A DNA stretch of 64,000 nt from positions 36,573 through 100,572 of the forward strand of contig CAIOSJ010000008.1 in the NCBI GenBank assembly GCA_903860915.1. The letters run 5' to 3'. Shown here in pieces: positions 39,476-47,885 of this stretch (position 1 is the stretch's first letter; each line of letters begins with the position of its first letter). Made by a program: the position numbers and the translations under genes. A model generated the notes under the pieces. That model saw only the letters and a program-made list of their open reading frames with translations, searched no databases and was not told where the DNA came from. Source of the DNA: an uncultured Actinomycetes bacterium (GTDB lineage Bacteria; Actinomycetota; Acidimicrobiia; Acidimicrobiales; RAAP-2).

Positions 39476-40159
39476 ATGACCACTTCAACCACCCGCAACA
39501 CCCACATATATTTTGTGCTTGACCGATCGGGCTCGATGCAGACCATCGTCAGCGACGTCATTGGGGGCTTCAACAGTTACATCGCCCAACAGGCTCTGGA
39601 GGGCTCCGACGCACTGATTACCTTCATTCAGTTCGACTCTCAGGACAGCCATCACGTCGTTTTTTCGGCACTTCCCGTAACCGAGGTGCGAGAATTGACT
39701 AGTAGTTCCTTTCGGCCTCGTGGCGCTACGCCTCTGTACGACGCGATGGGCCACGCCATCGCTTCAGCGACGATCCGTGCCGAGCAGGTTAAGAACCAGA
39801 CGACGGGCGAAGACATCGTCTTTGTCACCTTCACGGATGGGGAAGAAAATGACTCCATCGAATACGACCGTAAGAAGATTTTCACGCTCATCAAGAAGCG
39901 GGAGAAGTTGGGTTGGACCTTTGTGTATCTCGGCGCCAACCAGGACGCCTACGGGGAAGCTGACCTTGCCGGTTTCGACAAGGCGAACGTCTCGAATTTT
40001 GTGGCCGACGCCGCGGGTACGCAAACAGCATTTGATTCGCTGAGTAAGGCTACGTCCATGCGCCGTGCTCGCCAGACGAGCGGCCAGAAGTTCTCCTCCA
40101 TGGACTTCTTCGAAGGCGACAAGGCCGCTGACCTCGACGCCGAACAACGAGCGAAGTAG
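39476..40159 (+). CDS. Stand-alone von Willebrand factor A (vWA) domain protein
   Basis: Intact MIDAS: FVLDRSGSM, RGATPLYDA, FTDGEEN; GWTFVYLGANQDA; starts 2 nt after the RHH stop. Confidence 0.92.
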   Translation: MTTSTTRNTHIYFVLDRSGSMQTIVSDVIGGFNSYIAQQALEGSDALITFIQFDSQDSHHVVFSALPVTEVRELTSSSFRPRGATPLYDAMGHAIASATIRAEQVKNQTTGEDIVFVTFTDGEENDSIEYDRKKIFTLIKKREKLGWTFVYLGANQDAYGEADLAGFDKANVSNFVADAAGTQTAFDSLSKATSMRRARQTSGQKFSSMDFFEGDKAADLDAEQRAK

Positions 40160-40167
40160 TAGCGCTG

Positions 40168-40287
40168 CTACTTATCGCCCTTGAGGCCGTTCTTGGAGCT
40201 CCTCTTATCGATTTTGGCTGTGCGCTTTTCTTTCAGGGTCTTGCCAACTTTTTTGCTGGATTTACTCTGAGGTGACTTTTCGGCCAT
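40168..40287 (-). CDS. 39-aa Lys-rich small protein (MAEKSPQSKSSKKVGKTLKEKR...)
   Basis: SD GAAAGG 7 nt before ATG; own -10 TACGGT at 40355-60; resembles a recurring actinobacterial small basic protein (MADKSP...GKSLKEKR). Confidence 0.7.
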   Translation of the reverse strand: MAEKSPQSKSSKKVGKTLKEKRTAKIDKRSSKNGLKGDK

Positions 40288-40422
40288 GGTGAAACCTTTC
40301 GTAGCAACTTCATCATCGTCGAGCTTTTGCGTAACGAAGGTAAGTTGCTCTTCCACCGTACCTCGTGGAGCCCCGTTACACAGCGGAGCAGCAGGTGCGA
40401 GCACCGGAACGCACAAAGAAAC

Positions 40423-40463
40423 AGAAAGACCGCCGTTCGTCAGTGACGAACGGCGGTCTTTCT
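40423..40463 (-). terminator. Intrinsic terminator hairpin downstream of the thiolase
   Basis: Perfect 19-bp inverted repeat agaaagaccgccgttcgtc / gacgaacggcggtctttct, 3-nt loop, U-rich tail on the minus strand; 9 nt after the stop. Confidence 0.9.
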
Positions 40464-40472
40464 TGAAAGTAT

Positions 40473-41681
40473 TTAGTTCAGTCGCTCAACAATCATCGAC
40501 ATGCCCTGGCCACCACCGACGCACATGGACTCCATGCCGTAGGTCTTGCCAGTGTCTTCGAGAGCGTTCAGCAGCGTCGTCATGATACGGGCTCCGGTCA
40601 TTCCGAAGGGGTGGCCGAGTGCGATGCCGCCACCCATGATGTTCAGCTTTTCCCACGAGATACCGAGGTGTTTGGCCGAGGGGATTACCTGAGCGGCGAA
40701 GGCTTCGTTGATTTCAACGAGGTCAATGTCGTCAATGGTGAGGTTCGCGCGACGCAGCGCCTGACGACAGGCTTCGATCGGTCCCAGACCCATGATTTCG
40801 GGGTTGAGGCCACTAACGCCGGACGAGACTATGCGAGCCAGTGGGGTGATGCCCAGCTGCTTGGCCTTGGTGTCACTCATGACCACCACGGCGGCTGCTC
40901 CATCGTTCAGGGGGCAGGCGTTTCCGGCCGTAATTGAACCACCGGGGCGAAAGACGGGCTGCAGGGTGGCGAGCTTTTCAACCGTGGTACCGGCGCGGGG
41001 ACCGTCGTCCTTGCTCACGACGGTTCCGTCGGCCAAGGTGACGGGGATGATTTCGCGGTCGAAGAAGCCATTTTCCTGGCTGGCCACGGCGCGACTCTGA
41101 GAGAGGGCAGCGAACTCGTCCATTTCCTGGCGCGACACGTTCTCGTACTCCGCAACGTTCTCGGCGGTTTGGCCCATGGCGATGTAGATGTCGGGTAGTC
41201 CCGTTGGGGGAGTCCAAGCGCCGTGACCACCTTCGGCGCGCTGGGTGGTACGTGCGTAGGCGTCAGCGAAGATGGGGTTAGCCGCGTTGCCTGAGTCCGA
41301 AGCACCCGCGCCGTAGCGTGAGACGGTTTCTACACCGGCGGCGATGAAGACGTCACCCTCTCCAGCGCGAATAGCGTGAGCGGCCATGCGTATGGTCTGC
41401 AGCGAACTCGAGCAGTAACGATTGACCGTAACCCCTGGAACGTCGTCTAAACCAGCGAGGATGGCGGCGACGCGCGCAATGTTAAAGCCGGACTCGCCGG
41501 AGGGCTGTCCACAGCCCAACATGAGATCTTCGACACTGTTGGGGTTCAACTGGGGTACCTTTGCGAGGACCTCGCGCACGACGAGTGCGGTGAGATCGTC
41601 GGGTCGCATAGTACTGAGTGACCCCTTGAAGGCACGGCCGATGGCAGTGCGTCCGGTGGCAACAATTACGGCTTCGGGCAT
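40473..41681 (-). CDS. Acetyl-CoA C-acyltransferase (thiolase)
   Basis: MPEAVIVATGRTAIG, TVNRYCSSSLQ, NACPLNDGAA, EINEAFAAQ, GIALGHPFGMTG, MCVGGGQG; RBS AAGGAGG. Confidence 0.95.
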   Translation of the reverse strand: MPEAVIVATGRTAIGRAFKGSLSTMRPDDLTALVVREVLAKVPQLNPNSVEDLMLGCGQPSGESGFNIARVAAILAGLDDVPGVTVNRYCSSSLQTIRMAAHAIRAGEGDVFIAAGVETVSRYGAGASDSGNAANPIFADAYARTTQRAEGGHGAWTPPTGLPDIYIAMGQTAENVAEYENVSRQEMDEFAALSQSRAVASQENGFFDREIIPVTLADGTVVSKDDGPRAGTTVEKLATLQPVFRPGGSITAGNACPLNDGAAAVVVMSDTKAKQLGITPLARIVSSGVSGLNPEIMGLGPIEACRQALRRANLTIDDIDLVEINEAFAAQVIPSAKHLGISWEKLNIMGGGIALGHPFGMTGARIMTTLLNALEDTGKTYGMESMCVGGGQGMSMIVERLN

Positions 41682-41748
41682 TTTTCCTCCTTGGGGGTTA
41701 CTCCGTGGTAACTCTGTCACTATATCGAGAACTGGATTGGCTCTTTGG

Positions 41749-42873
41749 TTATAGGGCGATGAGTCCGAGAGCAGCTCCGACGACGAGGGCCACCGTATTT
41801 GGAAGGCACCGCGAGAGGATTCCGATCCCGAGGGCGCCTACGCAGAGCCACTGCCAGGGGTGCGAGAACGAAGATGTGACCAAGACGGCGGTAGCGCCAA
41901 TAAGTCCAATGGCGGCGGGGGTTGCTCCTTCGAGGAAGGCCAGAGCCACGGGGCTGGTGCGGAGTCGCTGAAAGTGGGGCGCGAGGACGTTCACGAAGAT
42001 GAATGAGGGGCCGAAGGCGAGAAGAGAAGCGAGGCCCGCGCCGGACCATCCGCCGAGAACGTAGCCAATTCCGGCAATCGTGGCGACAACGGGACCGGGG
42101 GTGAGTTGGCCAACGGCAACCAGGGCTACGAAGAGGCTTCCGGCCATCCAGTGGTAGTGCGAGACCACATCGGCCCGCATCATGGGCACAATCACAAAAC
42201 CGCCCCCAAAGCTGAGGGCGCCAACTTTGAGAGCCAGCACGCTGAGCGAAGGCAGAGCGTGCGTGCTCGACCCCGCGACCACCAGCAAGGAACCACGGGT
42301 TGGCCGGTGACGAATGGCGGTCATGACGAGTCCGGCTGCCAGCAGGACGAAGAAGGGGTTGAGGTTGCGGGGAAAGAGACCCGCCACACTGGCTGTGATC
42401 AGCCACGCGACATAGACGCGCTGTGCTCGTGGGGGGTGGGGGGACTTCGCCCACGTCGAGCGATGGCCGCGCATTAATTCCACTGCTGCCGCGATGGCGA
42501 TTCCGGGGACGGCCAACGATGCTCCCATGGCGGCGTGGGCGAACTGCTCCGAAAGTGCACCACCACGACACATCTGGCTGGCAATCAGCGACACCATCAC
42601 GACAGAGGGAGAGATGAAGAGAGCTCCCGCGACGAGGGTGCCACGCCACCCTTTCAGGCGCCAGCCAATCCACAGCGCCATCTGGGTGGATGCCGGCCCG
42701 GGCAACATCGACACGGCGGCGTAGGCGTCGGAGAATTCCGCCGGGGCAATGAGATCTGTGTCCACCCAGGTACGTCGCATCTGGGTGATGTGGGCCATCG
42801 GACCGCCAAAGGCGGTGAGACCCAGGGTGAGAAAACGCCGAGTCAATGTTCCCCACGTGAGAGCCCTGTTCAC
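41749..42873 (-). CDS. chrA: Chromate ion transporter (long-chain CHR family)
   Basis: LGLTAFGGPMAHI, LPGPASTQ; second repeat VGALSFGGG, GQLTPGP. Confidence 0.92.
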   Translation of the reverse strand: MNRALTWGTLTRRFLTLGLTAFGGPMAHITQMRRTWVDTDLIAPAEFSDAYAAVSMLPGPASTQMALWIGWRLKGWRGTLVAGALFISPSVVMVSLIASQMCRGGALSEQFAHAAMGASLAVPGIAIAAAVELMRGHRSTWAKSPHPPRAQRVYVAWLITASVAGLFPRNLNPFFVLLAAGLVMTAIRHRPTRGSLLVVAGSSTHALPSLSVLALKVGALSFGGGFVIVPMMRADVVSHYHWMAGSLFVALVAVGQLTPGPVVATIAGIGYVLGGWSGAGLASLLAFGPSFIFVNVLAPHFQRLRTSPVALAFLEGATPAAIGLIGATAVLVTSSFSHPWQWLCVGALGIGILSRCLPNTVALVVGAALGLIAL

Positions 42874-42879
42874 GCTCGC

Positions 42880-42885
42880 AGCCTA
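42880..42885 (-). promoter_or_regulatory. Putative -10 box (TAGGCT) of leaderless chrA transcript
   Basis: TANNNT 6 nt before GTG 42873. Confidence 0.55.
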
Positions 42886-42890
42886 AAGGT

Positions 42891-44498
42891 CTAGTTCAAA
42901 GTTGCGAGCCAGTCTTTGGCTTCCCTGAGGTGACGCGCGTAGTCCATTTTCCCGTTCACGGCGCGGCCAACAGTGTCGACCACGCGAATGTGGCGTGGCG
43001 CTTTGTACGACGCCAGTCGCGTCTTCACGTAAGCGATGAGATCACTCTCGCTGGCTGCAGCCCCAGGGTGGAATTCGACTGCGGCGGTGATCTGCTCACC
43101 ATAGGTTTCGTGGGGGGTGCCCACGACGCAGGCGTCAGCCACGGCTTCGTGCGTCTTCAACGCTTCTTCAACTTCTTCGGGGAATACTTTTTCTCCGGCG
43201 GTGTTGATGCACTGGGAGCCCCGGCCCAAGAGGTGGATGCTCCCGTCGGCGTTCACCATGGCCATGTCGCCGGGGACGCTGTAGCGAACACCGTCGTGCA
43301 CCTGGAAGGTGGCGTCCGTCTTTTTCTGGTCCTTGTAATAGCCGAGGGGTATGCGTCCACCCAAAATCAAGCGACCCACCTGGTCGGATCCAGGCACGAC
43401 ATCTTTGCCGTCGTCGCCGATGACCCGGACGTCGTCGCCTAAGGAAAATTCGGCCGTTTTCTTCGCACTGGATCCAGAGGAGACTGAGGCACCTAAGCCC
43501 ACTGCCTCAGACGAACTGAAGGCGTCAATGAGCATCATGTCGTGGTGGGCGAGGAGGCCAGACTTTATCTCGGCACTCCACATCGCACCGGAACTCAACA
43601 TCGCAAAGAGCGAGGTGAGTGAATAGCGGCCGGGGTTCGCATCCAACACCCGCAGGAGGGGGCGTGCGAAGGGGTCACCCACGATGACGGCCACAGCGAC
43701 TTGCTGGGCGTCGATTTGCTCGGCCATTTCGACGGGGTCGAAACTTCGCGAGGGGAGCAAAATAACTCGCCCGCCAGTGGACAGAGAGCCGATGGCCGAA
43801 AAGAGTCCAGTGCCGTGCATCAGCGGGGGGGCCGCGAGGGTGGCGTACGAGGGGCCCTCGGCCTTGATCACGTCGGCGACGTCGGCCGCGGTGGCGGTCT
43901 CGGGGAAGCGTCGGAAGCTTGATGCATTGAGGCGCTGGAAGAGATCGTCATTGCGCCACATCACGCCCTTGGGCATGCCGGTGGTGCCACCGGTGTAGAG
44001 AAAAACGAGATCGTCCGGTGAGCCCTCGGGTAGCTCGCCAATGGGGCTACTGATGAATTCCTCGTAGGGCGTAGCCCACTCGGGGCAGGTGGTGGTGCCG
44101 TCATCAACGAAGAGGCAGTAGCGCAGGGTTGGTACCTGCGCACGGACTTCTGCAATTTTCTCGGTGAAAATCCCGTGAAAAATAACGACTTCGGCGTCCG
44201 CATTGGTAAAGAGGTACACCAGTTCGTCGACGCCGTAGCGGTAGTTGGTGTTGACTGGTACGCAGCGGGCCGTCAGCGCCGCCGTGAAACCTTCGAGGTA
44301 TTCAGCGCAGTTGTACATGTAGAGGGCAATCTTCGCCCCCTCGGGAATGCTGTGTTCTCGTAACCACGTAGCACCGGATTCGGAGCGGTCTATGAAGCTG
44401 CGCCACGTCACCACTCGGTCGCCCTGGACGATAGCTGGTGCGTCCGGCTGAGCCCGACCAATGGCGCGCCACACATTTGAAAGATTCCACGTCGACAT
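42891..44498 (-). CDS. Acyl-CoA synthetase (FadD19-like)
   Basis: PVNTNYRY, LYTGGTTGMPKGVMW, APPLMHG, FSSSE, YSVPGDMA, CINTAGEKVFPEEVE, YKAPR, GKMDY. Confidence 0.88.
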   Translation of the reverse strand: MSTWNLSNVWRAIGRAQPDAPAIVQGDRVVTWRSFIDRSESGATWLREHSIPEGAKIALYMYNCAEYLEGFTAALTARCVPVNTNYRYGVDELVYLFTNADAEVVIFHGIFTEKIAEVRAQVPTLRYCLFVDDGTTTCPEWATPYEEFISSPIGELPEGSPDDLVFLYTGGTTGMPKGVMWRNDDLFQRLNASSFRRFPETATAADVADVIKAEGPSYATLAAPPLMHGTGLFSAIGSLSTGGRVILLPSRSFDPVEMAEQIDAQQVAVAVIVGDPFARPLLRVLDANPGRYSLTSLFAMLSSGAMWSAEIKSGLLAHHDMMLIDAFSSSEAVGLGASVSSGSSAKKTAEFSLGDDVRVIGDDGKDVVPGSDQVGRLILGGRIPLGYYKDQKKTDATFQVHDGVRYSVPGDMAMVNADGSIHLLGRGSQCINTAGEKVFPEEVEEALKTHEAVADACVVGTPHETYGEQITAAVEFHPGAAASESDLIAYVKTRLASYKAPRHIRVVDTVGRAVNGKMDYARHLREAKDWLATLN

Positions 44499-44592
44499 TT
44501 CTTACCCCCGTAGCAGGTGAGGTTAGCCAATCCCGAGGTCGCCGCGGTGGTGGGCTAGGTTTACTTCACAGGCAGTAAATAAGGGGGGTCTT

Positions 44593-46716
44593 ATGAAATA
44601 TCGTTCCTGGTCCACGGCAGCTGCGGCTGCTTCACTATTGGCGACAACCCTCGCCGTGGTGACGCCGTCACTTTCCTTTGCCGGAACCCCGGCCATGCCC
44701 GACGCGGCGGTCGCGAGCTGCGACGCGCTCGTCACGACCCCGGTCAACCACAGTTGCCTTCTACCCTGGCCGAATAACGCATTTACAATTCCGGCCAAGA
44801 CCAATACTGGTCGACAGATTCACATTTCGGCGACGTCAACGCCCGCCAATAAAAGCGGCGTACACATCAACCCGACCTATCAGAACCGCAATGACGGATT
44901 CTCACCCGGCTCGGTGATCATGATTAACGTCCCCAACCTTTCCACCTCGGCCACAGGCATTGCGCCTTCGACCAACATTGGCCAGTCTCTACCGAGCAGC
45001 GACACGTCGCCGATTGTCCTGCTCGACACGGTGACCCACCAGCACGTTCCGTACTTCGCCGAACTTGACGGACAAAACACCGATGCCAGTACGCAACTGC
45101 TCCTGATTCACCCGGCCATTAACTTCTTGGAGACGCACCGCATTGTGGTGGTACTACGCAATCTCAAAGATGCCAACAACGCCGCTATTGCTCAGTTGCC
45201 CGGGGAAACCACTGCATTGAAGGCAGCCAAGCCCACGACCCGGCAAGCGCACTTGAAGTGGATTGTGCAAAATGACCTCAAGGGACTGAACACCAGCAGT
45301 CTCTACGCCGCATGGGACTTTACGGTTATTTCCGGTGCGGGAAGCTCGACGAGCAAGTTCACCCAAGGTTCTCTCGCGGACGCGGGCCTCACCATGCGTG
45401 ATCAGGCCTTTAAGTCCGTCGGGACCAAGGCTCCGGTATTCCGAGTGACCAACGTCTCGGACAACACCCTGGTACACGAAGTCCACGGTAGTTTTCTCGT
45501 GCCGACTTTCTTAAAAGCCTGCCCGACCACGCAGACCGCCGAATACCAGAGTACGAATACTTCCAATTGCTCATCGATGAACCTCGACAAAAATGGTTTA
45601 CCCCTCCTGGTTCCGGATGCGACTCGTCAAATTTGGGCCAACTTTATCTGTGTCATGCCCGAGACTCTGTCGAGCACCCAGGGAGCAGCTCTCCCCACGC
45701 TTTACGGTCACGGTCTCCTCGGTAGTGCTCACGAAGTGGCGGGTGGTTCTTTCGCTCACGGGGTGCAGGACAACATGATGGGCTGTGCCACGGACTGGTC
45801 CGGAATGTCGGGTTCGGACCTCCTGTTGGTAGCGGCGTCACTGGGGGACATGAGTTACTTCCACGTACTGACTGATCACATGCTGCAGGGTTTTGTGAAC
45901 TTCCAGTTCCTCGGTCGTCTGATCAACTCGGCTCAGGGCTTCGCCAAGGATCCGGCCTTCCAACAGAGCGGGGCTGCACGCTTCCTCGTGGGCAAGTGTG
46001 GCTACATGGGCTACTCGCAGGGTGGCATCATGGGCGGGGCGCTGTCGGCCCTTTCGACGCAATGGAGCAAAGTGATCTTGGGGGTTCCGGGTCTTAACTA
46101 CGGTGGACTGCTGCTGAACCGCTCCACCGACTGGCTGGAGTTTGCTTCGGTCTACAACCCCGCTTACCCCAACTCCACCGACCAACAAGTGGGTCTGCAA
46201 TTGGCTCAACTCCTCTGGGATCGTGGCGAAAATGATGGTTACACCCAACACATCACGGCTAACCCCTACGAGGGCACCAAGGTCAAGCAGGTCTTTCTCA
46301 TTGAAAACTATGGCGACCACCAGGTAACCAACGCTTCGGCGGAAGTCCTGGCTCGATCCATTGGAGCGGTGGACCACAAGCCCGTCTTCAACCCAGTCTT
46401 TACCGATCTCACCAACCCCAGTCACCCGGTGGTGGGTACGGCTCGCAGTAACGTGCCCGTCGTAATGCATTGGGGGATTACTGCCGCTGATCAGACCAAG
46501 GTCAACAAGGCCACACTGGTTCTGTGGGACTACGGCACACCGACCCCGCCGACGGATAACCGTGCACCAGTGAACACCAGCATTTATGGAAATGACCCCC
46601 ACGGTTACGGTCGACGCACGGACGCTCTACTCAGCCAAGTGACAACTTTTATGAAGACCGGACTAGTTCCGGATCTCTGTAATGCCGCCGCTTGTCAAGG
46701 TATTCCGGGCTCGTGA
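44593..46716 (+). CDS. Secreted alpha/beta hydrolase (lipase-like) with N-terminal Ig-like region
   Basis: Sec signal (SFA/G); LLPWPNN and RNDGFSPGS N-terminal motifs; YGHGLLG; nucleophile GYSQG; YGDHQV; NDPHG. Confidence 0.72.
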   Translation: MKYRSWSTAAAAASLLATTLAVVTPSLSFAGTPAMPDAAVASCDALVTTPVNHSCLLPWPNNAFTIPAKTNTGRQIHISATSTPANKSGVHINPTYQNRNDGFSPGSVIMINVPNLSTSATGIAPSTNIGQSLPSSDTSPIVLLDTVTHQHVPYFAELDGQNTDASTQLLLIHPAINFLETHRIVVVLRNLKDANNAAIAQLPGETTALKAAKPTTRQAHLKWIVQNDLKGLNTSSLYAAWDFTVISGAGSSTSKFTQGSLADAGLTMRDQAFKSVGTKAPVFRVTNVSDNTLVHEVHGSFLVPTFLKACPTTQTAEYQSTNTSNCSSMNLDKNGLPLLVPDATRQIWANFICVMPETLSSTQGAALPTLYGHGLLGSAHEVAGGSFAHGVQDNMMGCATDWSGMSGSDLLLVAASLGDMSYFHVLTDHMLQGFVNFQFLGRLINSAQGFAKDPAFQQSGAARFLVGKCGYMGYSQGGIMGGALSALSTQWSKVILGVPGLNYGGLLLNRSTDWLEFASVYNPAYPNSTDQQVGLQLAQLLWDRGENDGYTQHITANPYEGTKVKQVFLIENYGDHQVTNASAEVLARSIGAVDHKPVFNPVFTDLTNPSHPVVGTARSNVPVVMHWGITAADQTKVNKATLVLWDYGTPTPPTDNRAPVNTSIYGNDPHGYGRRTDALLSQVTTFMKTGLVPDLCNAAACQGIPGS

Positions 46717-47885
46717 GTGAGGGACGCGGCCTCCTCGCCCCGCTGGGGCCATCGGCAACGGTGGGTCTTGCGGACGAGGGGGATCCGCGTCGCTTGGAGA
46801 TTCGCGACTGGCTCGCGGAGCACCCGTCGGCCTCGTGGCGTGAGCTGGCTCACGACGGACTCGTGGCGCCACACCTGCCGCGACCCTGGGGTCGTGACGC
46901 TGACGTGGAATCGCAACTCGTCATTGAAGAAGAATTGCGCCGAGCCGGCGTAAGTCGGCCCATCAACCCCATTGGTATTGGCTGGGCCGGTCCCACGCTG
47001 ATTCACGCCGGTACGGCCGAGCAGCAACAACGTTGGTTGCCCCGTTTGATGTCGGGTGAGGATTTTTGGTGCCAACTCTTTAGCGAGCCCAATGCCGGAA
47101 GTGATTTAGCCTCACTATCAACGACGGCCGTGCGTGACGGTGACGAATGGGTCATCACGGGTCAAAAGGTGTGGACCTCGTACGCCCACATTGCGGCCTA
47201 CGGCATCCTGCTCGCCCGAACATCAAGTGAGGGGGCGCCCCAGCAGGGCATTAGCTACTTCGTCTGCCCTATGAATCTCCCGGGCATTACGGTGCGACCT
47301 CTGATTGATATGACCGGCGATCACGCCTTTAACGAGGTCTTCCTGGACGAAGTTCGCCTCCCAGCCGATCACCTCATTGGCGCAGTCAATGACGGGTGGC
47401 GCCTAGCCAAGGTGACCCTCGGTAACGAGCGCGTTTCGCTCTCCGGGGAGGGCGCTCTGTGGGGACGAGGCCCGACGGCCCTCGATCTCGTAAGGGCAGC
47501 GGCCAGTCTCGGGAAAGTACCGGCTCTCGTTCGCGACAACCTGGTTCGTTGCTGGTCGCATGGCGAAATTCTGCGCCTCCTCCGTCTGCGACTGCTCTCT
47601 TCGGCCATTCGGGGACGCGAACCCGGTCCGGAAGCCAGCGTGCGCAAGGCCCTCGCGGATGATCACGGTCAGGAAATAATGGGCCTTGCTCAAGATCTGG
47701 CTGGTATGGCCGCTCAACTCAGTGGTCGAGGCCCCGGTGGCGTCGCCGGTGAAGTCGGAGCCATGTGGAGTCACGGATTTCTCTACGCCCAAGCTCTGAC
47801 CATTGGTGGCGGCACCTCAGTGGTGCAACGTAACATCATCGCCGAGCGCGTCCTGGGTCTCCCCAAGGAAATAGCCAATAACTAG
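46713..47885 (+). CDS. Acyl-CoA dehydrogenase (FadE family)
   Basis: WCQLFSEPNAGSDLASL, GQKVWTS, FNEVFLDEV, LGNERV, TIGGGTSVVQRNIIAERVLGLP; GTGA coupling to the hydrolase. Confidence 0.93.
   Translation: MSEGRGLLAPLGPSATVGLADEGDPRRLEIRDWLAEHPSASWRELAHDGLVAPHLPRPWGRDADVESQLVIEEELRRAGVSRPINPIGIGWAGPTLIHAGTAEQQQRWLPRLMSGEDFWCQLFSEPNAGSDLASLSTTAVRDGDEWVITGQKVWTSYAHIAAYGILLARTSSEGAPQQGISYFVCPMNLPGITVRPLIDMTGDHAFNEVFLDEVRLPADHLIGAVNDGWRLAKVTLGNERVSLSGEGALWGRGPTALDLVRAAASLGKVPALVRDNLVRCWSHGEILRLLRLRLLSSAIRGREPGPEASVRKALADDHGQEIMGLAQDLAGMAAQLSGRGPGGVAGEVGAMWSHGFLYAQALTIGGGTSVVQRNIIAERVLGLPKEIANN

Noticed and set aside
39476-40159. Calling RHH-vWA a known type II toxin-antitoxin pair
   Set aside because: The second gene has no PIN, RelE/ParE, MazF, Fic, GNAT or HipA motif, so only the architecture matches; kept as a hypothesis in findings
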